Source: Minisyncoccia bacterium
GTDB lineage: Bacteria > Patescibacteriota > Minisyncoccia > Phycocordibacterales > UBA918
Assembly: GCA_041742075.1 (NCBI GenBank)
Contig: JBGSJJ010000016.1
Coordinates: forward strand, 19,128 to 83,127
Direction: 5' to 3'
Length of the DNA: 64,000 nucleotides
Positions 38,787 to 46,858 of this stretch are shown here, piece after piece. Within the stretch, counting starts at the first letter, position 1. Each line of letters begins with the position of its first letter. A model generated the notes under the pieces. That model was not told the origin of the DNA. It ran no database searches and saw only the letters and a list, made by a program, of their open reading frames with translations. The translations under genes were made by a program, and so were the position numbers.

Positions 38787-39350
38787 TTAGCTTGCTACAG
38801 AAACCTTTGCCGGCCTGAGTACCACCTCTCCTCGCTTATAGCCGGTTTGGTACACTTCGCTTACAGTGTCACCGTCGCCACTTAAGGCTTCATGTTCGTG
38901 TGGGTTGAAAGTGGTGCCTAACGCTTCTATTCTCGTTACGTTGTAGGCCTTTAAAATGGTCTGTAGCTGGCCGTAGATGCCCTCGACACCCTTTCGCCAT
39001 ACTTCGTCAGCTTCGGCCCATTTCGGGTCTTTCATGGCCATTTCGAAGCTGTCTGCGAGCGGTAGGATGTCTTCGAGGTGGCGAAGCGTAGTCCGGTCTA
39101 CATCGAACATCTTTTGCTCCTCAAGTCTTCGGCGGGCATTCAGAAAGTCTGCCTTAGCCCGCTGTGACTCCTCGAGAAGCTTCATGCGCTCCTCCTCACT
39201 ACTTTTCAGTTTAGCTTGTAAGTGTTTAATTTTGTCTTTGCTATTGTCTTCGAAGTTCTCGAGAGACTCATCAGAATCAGTATCGGAATGTTGTTCAGGT
39301 TCAAAATCTACGTCATCTAAGGTCTCTCGGTCATTGTGTTCATTCATCAT
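38787..39350 (-). CDS. grpE: Nucleotide exchange factor GrpE
   Basis: ADFLNARRR, FNPHEHEA, GY...LRPAKV. Promoter TTGACT-17-TATAAT at 39388-39360. Confidence 0.95.
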   Translation of the reverse strand: MMNEHNDRETLDDVDFEPEQHSDTDSDESLENFEDNSKDKIKHLQAKLKSSEEERMKLLEESQRAKADFLNARRRLEEQKMFDVDRTTLRHLEDILPLADSFEMAMKDPKWAEADEVWRKGVEGIYGQLQTILKAYNVTRIEALGTTFNPHEHEALSGDGDTVSEVYQTGYKRGEVVLRPAKVSVAS

Positions 39351-39471
39351 AGCGAGCGTATTATAACTTCAAAAATGTTGCTAGTCAACGAGAGTGTGAT
39401 TGCTTAAATAGTGGTACGAAAGAAGCCACTGAAGGAAGTTGCCCAAGAGGCTTCTTCCGACAGTGGCTGTA

Positions 39472-39717
39472 TCAGAAAGGCTCGCACCTTACCCAATCGT
39501 CGTTAAAGTATCGATGCATGCTCTTCAGAACAGAGAGTGCAGCCTCACAGCGTTCTGATGCGTTCTCTCCTTCGAAGGGTGTTATGGTCAAAGTCTGGCT
39601 GTGGGTTCCGCCGATCCAGACAAAGAGCAAGCTCCCGTGTTCACCTACTGACGGATTATGAGCCAGTGCAGGTGAGGCAAAGCCAAAGCAAAGCGAGGCA
39701 AGAGCGATACGAAACAT
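39472..39717 (-). CDS. Small secreted hypothetical protein (cassette)
   Basis: Signal peptide ending ALA, GGAG SD, TTGTAA-17-CATAAT promoter, Cys pair in the mature part. Confidence 0.7.
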   Translation of the reverse strand: MFRIALASLCFGFASPALAHNPSVGEHGSLLFVWIGGTHSQTLTITPFEGENASERCEAALSVLKSMHRYFNDDWVRCEPF

Positions 39718-39780
39718 GATGTGTCTCCGGTTGTTGACTAATTAAGATTATGACACATATTTCTTAGATTTACAAATATA

Positions 39781-39807
39781 AGAAAAGCCCCGTAGAGGGG
39801 CTTTTCT
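39781..39807. terminator. Bidirectional terminator
   Basis: AGAAAAGCCCC/GGGGCTTTTCT. Confidence 0.8.
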
Positions 39808-39818
39808 TTTAACGCTTC

Positions 39819-40220
39819 GTCCTCCTAGCACCTCGTAAACATCGGTGCTTCCAAGCAAGCTTGGACCAGAGTAAACGATAAGCAGTTATCGCTTCCCTCC
39901 AAGTAGCAAAGTAGAATTCTTCGCTACGCTTTAATTCTACTAAGCGCTTGCGAATCTTACAGATTCTATCCACTCAATGGATTATTTGCTTCGCTCTGCT
40001 CGTAAATATTCTCATTGAGTCTTGCGAAAGTCTCCCAGACTTTCTCACCCGGCTCGCGGTTCCTCGCGCCATGGGCGCGCTCGTCACAACGCTCCGCCCG
40101 TCAAAACGAAAAAGAGCTCCGCAGGGAGCTCTTTTTTCTATCGTTGTGTCCTCCTAGCACCTCGTAAACATCGGTGCTTCCAAGCAAGCTTGGACCAGAG
40201 TAAACGATAAGCAGTTATCG
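39819..40220. mobile_element. Two identical 73-bp hairpin-rich direct repeats (39819-39891, 40148-40220) flanking a 256-bp structured segment at the rpsI 3' end
   Basis: GTCCTCCTAGCACCTCGTAAACATCGGTGCTTCCAAGCAAGCTTGGACCAGAGTAAACGATAAGCAGTTATCG occurs twice; the second copy overlaps the rpsI stop. Confidence 0.7.
40108..40138. terminator. Bidirectional terminator inside the repeated element
   Basis: GAAAAAGAGCTCC/GGAGCTCTTTTT. Confidence 0.75.
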
Positions 40221-40616
40221 TTTACTCCATTGTGGGCGACGTCGCGCCTTGAGGAGACCGAACTTCTTTCGTTCCACTGAGCGAGGGTCTCGCTTGAGGA
40301 AGCCAAGAGGTTTAAGGATAGACCGGCGTGGCTTCTTCTCAGCTACGAGAGCTCGAGCGATACCAAGTCGGACGGCTTCAGCCTGAGCTGAAAGTCCACT
40401 ACCTGAAACAACTGCAGTAATAGTGTAGTTCTCGATACCAGCATCTTTGGTTTCAAGGACTGACATAACATCCTTTTGGTGAGACTCCAGGGTAAAGTAC
40501 TCAGCCATTGGTCGGTTGTTGATAGTGATCTTGTTTTCCTTAGCTACGGTGAGTCGTACCCGAGCAGTTGCAGTCTTTCGGCGACCAATGCCTTCGATAT
40601 AGGTGGCGGTTGTCAT
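40215..40616 (-). CDS. rpsI: 30S ribosomal protein S9
   Basis: GRRKTA, RDPR.VERKKFG, QWSKR. Confidence 0.98.
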   Translation of the reverse strand: MTTATYIEGIGRRKTATARVRLTVAKENKITINNRPMAEYFTLESHQKDVMSVLETKDAGIENYTITAVVSGSGLSAQAEAVRLGIARALVAEKKPRRSILKPLGFLKRDPRSVERKKFGLLKARRRPQWSKR

Positions 40617-40620
40617 ACAA

Positions 40621-40983
40621 TTATTCGGTTACGGTTAAATTCTTCATTAAAACAGCTTGTAGCTTGTTCTTCGGGAGCATACCCTTCACCGTCCTTCGAA
40701 CCGCTTCACGGTAACCAAGACGATTTCCAAGGTGCGTAAGTGTCTCTTCTTTTCGTCCTCCTGGGTGACCAGAGTATGACTGGTAGATTTCAGTACCACG
40801 CTTCAGGGTAATGTCGAGCTTAGAGACGTTAGTAATAGTAACGTGCACCGGAGCAGTGGTGTGGCGAGCAAAGTCAGCACGGTTCTTGCCTTGGAGTACA
40901 GACGCAGCTTCAGTAGCTACTTTTCCAAGACGCTTACCAGTCGCGTCAATCGTGTATTCTGTTTTTTCAGTTTGAGTTGTCAT
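40621..40983 (-). CDS. rplM: 50S ribosomal protein L13 (short form)
   Basis: IDA..K.LGK.A, YSGHPGG, VKGMLPKN; directly upstream of rpsI. Confidence 0.93.
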   Translation of the reverse strand: MTTQTEKTEYTIDATGKRLGKVATEAASVLQGKNRADFARHTTAPVHVTITNVSKLDITLKRGTEIYQSYSGHPGGRKEETLTHLGNRLGYREAVRRTVKGMLPKNKLQAVLMKNLTVTE

Positions 40984-40984
40984 A

Positions 40985-41341
40985 TTATTCAACATACGCG
41001 ATTACCGCTTCATCTCGTCCAGCCTCGGTTCGGCCAACCTTCACAATACGCGTGTAGCCACCGTTTCGCTCAGCAAACTTTGGTGCGATGGTATCAAAAA
41101 GCTTTGAGATGGTTGTTGTCTTTGGTTCGCCAAGGGCTGAAGCTGCTCGACGACGAGCTGCGATAGTTCCCTGCTTGCCATAGGTTACGAGGCGTTCTGC
41201 AAAAGGCTTAAGCTCCTTAGCTTTAGCCAAAGTTGTTTTGATCTGACCGTCACGAATAAGTGACACAGCTAAACCACGCATGAGTGCGGTCTTTTGGTCC
41301 TTACTTCGGCCCAGTGTTCTGTTTTGGTTTCCGTGTCGCAT
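40985..41341 (-). CDS. rplQ: 50S ribosomal protein L17
   Basis: MRH, IKTTLAKAKEL, RNGGYTRI. Confidence 0.97.
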   Translation of the reverse strand: MRHGNQNRTLGRSKDQKTALMRGLAVSLIRDGQIKTTLAKAKELKPFAERLVTYGKQGTIAARRRAASALGEPKTTTISKLFDTIAPKFAERNGGYTRIVKVGRTEAGRDEAVIAYVE

Positions 41342-41351
41342 ATATAATGGT

Positions 41352-42314
41352 TTATTCGCTCAAAGAGACACCAAGTCCCTCAAGGAGAGTAACGATTTCG
41401 TCTAGACCTTTTGGTCCAATTCCGTCGAGCGATAGAATATCATCTTTTTTCTTTCGCACAAGGCCTCCGACTGTTCGGATGTTGGCATCCTCAAGAGCGG
41501 TCAGTGTTCGACTTGAAAGGTCAAGGTTCTCGATTCGGGTCTTAAGGACGTCAGGGTCAATAGTCGCGCCAGCTTCAACATGGGCTACTTCTTCTGGTAC
41601 TACTTCTTCACTGTGGTGAGTTTCTTGAAAACCAACAATAGCTTTGAGTTGGTGAATCATAATCTCGATAGAGTTCTCGAGGGCTTCTTTTGGAGTTACC
41701 GTACCGTCTGTTTCGATAAAGACACGGAGTCGGTTGTAGTCTGTTCGGTCACCAACTCGCATGTTTTCTACTTCGTAGTTAGCGCGACGGATTGGTGTGA
41801 ACACAGCATCAAGAGCGATAACACCTATTTCTACCTTGTCCTTCTGGTGCACTTCTCGTGGTACGTAACCAAGACCTTTGTCGATAGTAAGTTCAATGTC
41901 GATTTCAGTACCTTTAGCGGTAATTTCGCAGATTGGTTGTTCAGGACTGAGAATTTCTACTTGTGAAGGCACGGTAATGTCGGCAGCGGTTACTACACCA
42001 GGTCCTTTCTTCTTAAGCTGAACGATAATCGGCTCGTCACTATGGAGTGCTAGACGAATACGCTTGATGTTAAGGAGGATAGTAATAACATCCTCTTTGA
42101 CACCTTCCATGGTTGAAAATTCGTGAGAGACACCCTCGATTTTCACTTTTGTGATAGCAGCTCCCGGTAGTGACGAAAGAATGATTCGGCGGAGTGAGTT
42201 ACCAAGCGTATGGCCGTATCCAGGATACAGACCATCGATTTCGTAAACACCACGAAATTCCTCTTCGGTTACAACTCGTGGTTTTGATGGTAGGGCTACA
42301 TTTGTTTCTAACAT
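41352..42314 (-). CDS. rpoA: RNA polymerase alpha subunit
   Basis: GYGHTLGNSLRRIILSS, HEFS..GVKED, alpha-CTD. Confidence 0.98.
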   Translation of the reverse strand: MLETNVALPSKPRVVTEEEFRGVYEIDGLYPGYGHTLGNSLRRIILSSLPGAAITKVKIEGVSHEFSTMEGVKEDVITILLNIKRIRLALHSDEPIIVQLKKKGPGVVTAADITVPSQVEILSPEQPICEITAKGTEIDIELTIDKGLGYVPREVHQKDKVEIGVIALDAVFTPIRRANYEVENMRVGDRTDYNRLRVFIETDGTVTPKEALENSIEIMIHQLKAIVGFQETHHSEEVVPEEVAHVEAGATIDPDVLKTRIENLDLSSRTLTALEDANIRTVGGLVRKKKDDILSLDGIGPKGLDEIVTLLEGLGVSLSE

Positions 42315-42355
42315 AAGCGTATGTGTTATGACTATTGACCTGGTAAAAGTGTACT

Positions 42356-42961
42356 TTATCGACTGTAGTACTCGAGTACTTGTTCTGGATCAAACAGAGT
42401 TTCAGCAGGAATATAGGTTGGCTGTGCGGTTAATTTTCCTTCCATCTTCTTCACGTCGAAAGAAATCCATGATGGTACTGAGGCTGATTCGTGAGTATCA
42501 GACAGGAGGGTGTACATACCAGTACCGCGACTTCCTTCTCGTACGGCAATCATGTCAGACTGGGTTACTTTGTATGAAGGAATAGTAATCTTCTTACCGT
42601 TTACCACAATGTGTCCGTGTGAGACCATTTGGCGAGCATATCGTCGTGTCTTAGCAAGGCCCATTCGGTAGACGACGTTATCAAGTCTTGTTTCAAGACG
42701 TTCCATCAAAAGAGAGATTGGTTGGTGGCTTTTTGCCATTGATTCGTCTACGTAGCGACGAAGTTGCTTTTCAGTAATACCATAGGTAAAGCGCATTTTT
42801 TGTTTCTCAATGAGCTGACGCTTATAGTCACTCGTCTGACCGCGACGCTTGGTTTGGCGTCCACCACGTGATTCAGAAGCAGCAAACTTCTGTGATTGCG
42901 TTTTTTCGAAGATAGGTGCTCCGAGACGCTTTGCTATTTTAAATTTAGGACCAATTTTCAT
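42356..42961 (-). CDS. rpsD: 30S ribosomal protein S4
   Basis: EKQK.RF.YG, LETRLDNVVYR, EYYSR. Confidence 0.97.
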   Translation of the reverse strand: MKIGPKFKIAKRLGAPIFEKTQSQKFAASESRGGRQTKRRGQTSDYKRQLIEKQKMRFTYGITEKQLRRYVDESMAKSHQPISLLMERLETRLDNVVYRMGLAKTRRYARQMVSHGHIVVNGKKITIPSYKVTQSDMIAVREGSRGTGMYTLLSDTHESASVPSWISFDVKKMEGKLTAQPTYIPAETLFDPEQVLEYYSR

Positions 42962-42972
42962 ACAAAATGTGA

Positions 42973-43404
42973 TTAGATACGTCGTGGCTTAGGTGGTCTA
43001 GGGCCGTTGTGTGGTACTGGAGTCATGTCAGTAATTTTTGTTACCGCAATTCCCTTTCCTGAAAACGCCCGGAGCGCTGACTCACGTCCAGCTCCAACCC
43101 CTCTAATAATGACTTCTGCATCCTTCATACCCATTTGAAGAGCTTTATCGCCGATTATTTCACCTACTTTCGCAGCTGCAAACGGTGTACTTTTTCGTGA
43201 GCCCTTGAAGCCAAGAGCCCCACTACTCGCGGCCATCACCGTGTTTCCTTTCGGGTCACAGAGTGTGAGGATAGTATTGTTAAACGTAGCTAAGATGTTG
43301 AGCTTGCCGTTTACGACTTTTTTCTTTGGTACACGGTTAAGAGCGCGAGAAGATCCCGCTACATCTGAACCGCCACCTTTTTTTATGATTCGTTTCTTAC
43401 CCAT
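42973..43404 (-). CDS. rpsK: 30S ribosomal protein S11
   Basis: TFNNT, GFKGSRKSTPFAA, TPVPHNG.RP. Confidence 0.98.
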   Translation of the reverse strand: MGKKRIIKKGGGSDVAGSSRALNRVPKKKVVNGKLNILATFNNTILTLCDPKGNTVMAASSGALGFKGSRKSTPFAAAKVGEIIGDKALQMGMKDAEVIIRGVGAGRESALRAFSGKGIAVTKITDMTPVPHNGPRPPKPRRI

Positions 43405-43437
43405 AGGAATTTAATCAGTATGCTAATAAATGAAAGC

Positions 43438-43815
43438 CTAGGTCTTTTCAAGCTTACGCTTACCAGAACCCATCGTCTTTTTAACACCCTTCAGTGTACG
43501 AGCGTTCGTCTTAGTGTGTTGACCACGAGCAGGTAGACGCTTGGCGTGACGTGAGCCACGGTAGCTCTGGATGTCCTTAAGACGCTTGATGTTGCTACCA
43601 ACCTGTCGCTTGAGCTCACCTTCGATAGTAAATGCTTCGATTTTTTCTCGAATGGCGTTTTCTTGTTCGGTTGTGATGTCAGTTGGCTTCGTAAATTCTT
43701 TAATACCAAGTTCTGAGAGAAGCGCTAGGGCGCGAGCACGACCAATACCATGGACAGCAGTGAGTCCGAATTCGAGGTGCTTGTCGTCTTTAATTGTGAT
43801 ACCGGCAATACGCAT
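43438..43815 (-). CDS. rpsM: 30S ribosomal protein S13
   Basis: MRIAG, GIG, YRG.RH...LP.RGQ.TKTNART. Confidence 0.98.
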   Translation of the reverse strand: MRIAGITIKDDKHLEFGLTAVHGIGRARALALLSELGIKEFTKPTDITTEQENAIREKIEAFTIEGELKRQVGSNIKRLKDIQSYRGSRHAKRLPARGQHTKTNARTLKGVKKTMGSGKRKLEKT

Positions 43816-43836
43816 ACGTAGATTTAATTTAGTTGG

Positions 43837-43953
43837 TTATCCTTGACGCTGTTTATGGCGAGGCTTGAGTTTGTTAATAACATAAACTACACCACGACGC
43901 TTAACGATTTTATCGTCAGGACTCATTTTTTTAACTGATGATCGTACTTTCAT
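43837..43953 (-). CDS. rpmJ: 50S ribosomal protein L36, Cys-free form (not in ORF track)
   Basis: Translates [38 protein letters not shown]; located between infA and rpsM. Confidence 0.95.
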   Translation of the reverse strand: MKVRSSVKKMSPDDKIVKRRGVVYVINKLKPRHKQRQG

Positions 43954-43959
43954 AAATAT

Positions 43960-44178
43960 TTAAAGTCGTTTTGTTATTCTCCCCTTACCGCCATATGGAT
44001 CTGGCACGATGGCTACTTTGTCGCCAACGAGCACCCGTATACGAAACTTCCGCATCTTACCTGCCAGGTATGCAATTTGCGTCGTTTTTTCACCGTCTAG
44101 TGTTACGCGAAAAAGCGCATTAGGAAGCGCTTCCTCTACCGTACCGTAGACGAGTATTTCGTTACTTGATTGATCCAT
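43960..44178 (-). CDS. infA: Translation initiation factor IF-1
   Basis: EALPNALFRV, GKMR...IRVLVGDKV, GRI. Confidence 0.95.
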   Translation of the reverse strand: MDQSSNEILVYGTVEEALPNALFRVTLDGEKTTQIAYLAGKMRKFRIRVLVGDKVAIVPDPYGGKGRITKRL

Positions 44179-44238
44179 TGAAACGTGAGTGAGTGTAACA
44201 AATAAATCTAAATCGGTCAACAGGTACCCTAGGTATAA

Positions 44239-45564
44239 CTACTCAGTCTCAACAACTTCAATAATGGTGATGTCTTTAACGTCGTCTGGGAAGGAGGTTT
44301 TCCAGAATGGACGGGTAACCGCTGACGAACTTTCTATGGCTGGATAGCCGCCAAGTACCGCTGGAACTGCTGTTTTACTCTTTCCCGCTAGGTCTGCCTT
44401 TAGTGCTTCAGCGTCGTATTTCCAGATAATCTGTGGTCGACCAGCAAGGGTAAACTCGACTGAATCAACGGCGGTAATGTTGCTTGTGGAGGTAGTGGCT
44501 GAAGTGTACGCAAAGGTAAGCGTGGTAGTGTCAGCTATACGAACAGGAACATTTTCATAGCCTGGCACGGTAGCAGCGGCGACATAGGTGGCAAAGCTTT
44601 CTTCAGCAAAGATAGGGATACGCAAGATAGCTTTTTCTTTGATAGTAGCTAGATTTTCCCCGTATTCAACGGCCGGTAGCGTTTCGTAGGTAAAGGTCAT
44701 TGCGCCTGGGAAGACCACAAAGCCAGCCGGCTTTTCTGTTTCAACGCGCTCCAAAAGCGAGTTGCGTAGCTCCATTCGCAGTGCTTGTTGAGTGGTTTGT
44801 AGTTCACCTTCATCGATAATGAAGCGAGCGCCGTTAAACCCACCAGACATAGACTCGATAGACTCTCCGTAGACGTTTTCAAATTCTGGAGAACCTTCAA
44901 AGCCCGGAATAGTGAATTTTGATGGACCGACGTTGTACTGATCGCCTGGTTGGTCAGCAAACACTTCAGCCGTTATAACACCAGGGGCAATTTCACTGTT
45001 TTCACCTCTGGTATAACCAGGAACAATAATTGACTCTTTGAGTCGAAACACTAGACCGTCAGCTGTTTGAAAGCGGGTATTGGTAATAAGGCGAAGTGGT
45101 TCAGTGGAGTGTTTGTTGTACACAAGGACGGTTCCCTTAGCTTGTTCAACAACAGTTTCTTCACCAGTTGCACTGACTTGTCGTTCGCCAGTAGCGTCGA
45201 GACTCATGATTTCATATACCAATTCACCTGCTTTTGGTGTTTTGTAAGCTACAACTGTGGCGTTTACGTTCGGTTCTCGGTGTCGAGGCTTGACCGTTAA
45301 GTCTGCGCCACTCATAAAGTAGCTAATAACGAAACTACCGCCCACAATCATGAAGAAGATTAGAAATGCATAGATGAGTGTCCGTTTGTTCTTTTTGTTA
45401 CCGTCTACAATCCGGATACTGACGTCATCGCCATCATCGCTCTCGTCTTCTGTCCGGTTAGTACGGTCAATAAATTTAGGTGCCGGAGGACGGACGAGTT
45501 CTCCAGTTCTTTCTTTACGCGGTTGTGCGGGACGAATATCCTGCAAGTTCCATTTTTGTGACAT
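44239..45564 (-). CDS. Conserved single-TM protein with large beta-rich external domain (baseplate-J-like region)
   Basis: LQDIRP start, one TM helix, AKGTVLVYN...TRF...VPG...ADQPG..YN...FTIPG. Confidence 0.6.
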   Translation of the reverse strand: MSQKWNLQDIRPAQPRKERTGELVRPPAPKFIDRTNRTEDESDDGDDVSIRIVDGNKKNKRTLIYAFLIFFMIVGGSFVISYFMSGADLTVKPRHREPNVNATVVAYKTPKAGELVYEIMSLDATGERQVSATGEETVVEQAKGTVLVYNKHSTEPLRLITNTRFQTADGLVFRLKESIIVPGYTRGENSEIAPGVITAEVFADQPGDQYNVGPSKFTIPGFEGSPEFENVYGESIESMSGGFNGARFIIDEGELQTTQQALRMELRNSLLERVETEKPAGFVVFPGAMTFTYETLPAVEYGENLATIKEKAILRIPIFAEESFATYVAAATVPGYENVPVRIADTTTLTFAYTSATTSTSNITAVDSVEFTLAGRPQIIWKYDAEALKADLAGKSKTAVPAVLGGYPAIESSSAVTRPFWKTSFPDDVKDITIIEVVETE

Positions 45565-45611
45565 AAGCTTTACGTATAGTATACCCCGGTTAAACTTTAT
45601 TTTCCTAGCAG

Positions 45612-46796
45612 TTAGTGTGTATCTTTGGCTTGGTCATGAAAGTACCGTACCCCAAGCATGATGGCAGAATCACTCGTATCACTGTCACTAATCAATTTTG
45701 CAGTAACAGGATGCACGTTATGGTCTATTCCGGTGGTTTGTTTAGCAACTTGCTTTAGTGTGGTGTTGAAAAAATCTTCGGTATTTTGTTCTGTGTGAAT
45801 AAATATTGCCTGAGGAATAGATAAGTCATCCCCGGTCTTGCTCAAAAGCTCAAGTAATTTTTCTTGATACAAAGCAAAGATTTCTTTTATGATCGTTTGC
45901 TTTTTTTCTGGTATTGAAGCAATGCTGTATTCAGTATTTGCTTTTAGGTAGGTATAGGCTTCTTCAGAAGGAATGTTGAGTGCTTCAGAAATTGCCCGGG
46001 CGAGTGTAAATGAACCAATTTCTATATGGTTGATAAATCGGAGTGTACCATCTCGAACAATAGCAAACTCGGTCGCTTCACTCGTGATGTTTATGAGACA
46101 AGCTTCAAGTGAGTGAGGATAGAGCGTTTCAATACTTTTGTAAAAAAGCGTCATAAAAGACCGGAGTGAGAGCTCAGTCCCGGGAATTATTTTCTGTTGA
46201 GCTTCTTTTACGGCATCAACTAAAGAGGTTACTGCGAGCGAAGTAAGGTGAACAAAAGACAGGTCAGTTGTTCGCTTGTTATAGGGGTCGGTTGTTACGT
46301 AACCGTTAATTGACACACCGATGTTCTCTTGATGGATAACCGATAAACCAAAGTCGTTAAGCAGGCCATTTTCTTTCGCCTTGGCTTCAGCCTGGGAAGC
46401 AGCGAGTTTACTTAAGTCTGTCAGCAATTTTTTGTCGACGATAAAACTTTCTTCATCGACGAGGTGAACGATTTTGGTTGAGGTAAACTCAAATGGTGCC
46501 GAGATGGAGACCTGGAGAACTGACAAACGTTCTTTAGGGTTGAAGGCGTGGAGATTTTTGAGGCCAGTACCACCTAGTTCTAAAAAAGCATTAATAATAG
46601 CTGTTTTTATCCCCCGCTCAGCTTCTTGAAGTGTGGTAGCGGTTCGAAGGAGTGAGTGTTCACGGTGTGACCAGATAATTTTTGTTTCTTCGCTGTTTCT
46701 ACTTGCGACTACAATAGCTATACCAACACTGCCTGAACCAATGTCCACAACTGCACCACAACAGGTATCTGTATCATAAGATCGTGACCAAAACAT
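45612..46796 (-). CDS. Divergent FtsA/PilM-like actin-fold protein
   Basis: VVDIGSGSV phosphate-1 motif; later G...LARAISEALNIP..EA. Confidence 0.55.
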   Translation of the reverse strand: MFWSRSYDTDTCCGAVVDIGSGSVGIAIVVASRNSEETKIIWSHREHSLLRTATTLQEAERGIKTAIINAFLELGGTGLKNLHAFNPKERLSVLQVSISAPFEFTSTKIVHLVDEESFIVDKKLLTDLSKLAASQAEAKAKENGLLNDFGLSVIHQENIGVSINGYVTTDPYNKRTTDLSFVHLTSLAVTSLVDAVKEAQQKIIPGTELSLRSFMTLFYKSIETLYPHSLEACLINITSEATEFAIVRDGTLRFINHIEIGSFTLARAISEALNIPSEEAYTYLKANTEYSIASIPEKKQTIIKEIFALYQEKLLELLSKTGDDLSIPQAIFIHTEQNTEDFFNTTLKQVAKQTTGIDHNVHPVTAKLISDSDTSDSAIMLGVRYFHDQAKDTH

Positions 46797-46858
46797 TTGT
46801 CCTTAGTATACCTTGCGCAGTCTCTGTTGTAGACAGCGGGTGCTCACAAAATAGTGGA

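Noticed and set aside
39380-39406. Possible CIRCE upstream of grpE
   Set aside because: Only one arm (GATTGCTTA) resembles the consensus, spacing is off, and there is no hrcA in the window.
39948-40210. Two short plus-strand ORFs
   Set aside because: They lie within hairpin/repeat DNA and span a terminator.
39819-40220. Repeats as a CRISPR array or tRNA
   Set aside because: Only two 73-bp repeats with a 256-bp spacer, no cas genes, no cloverleaf or T-loop.
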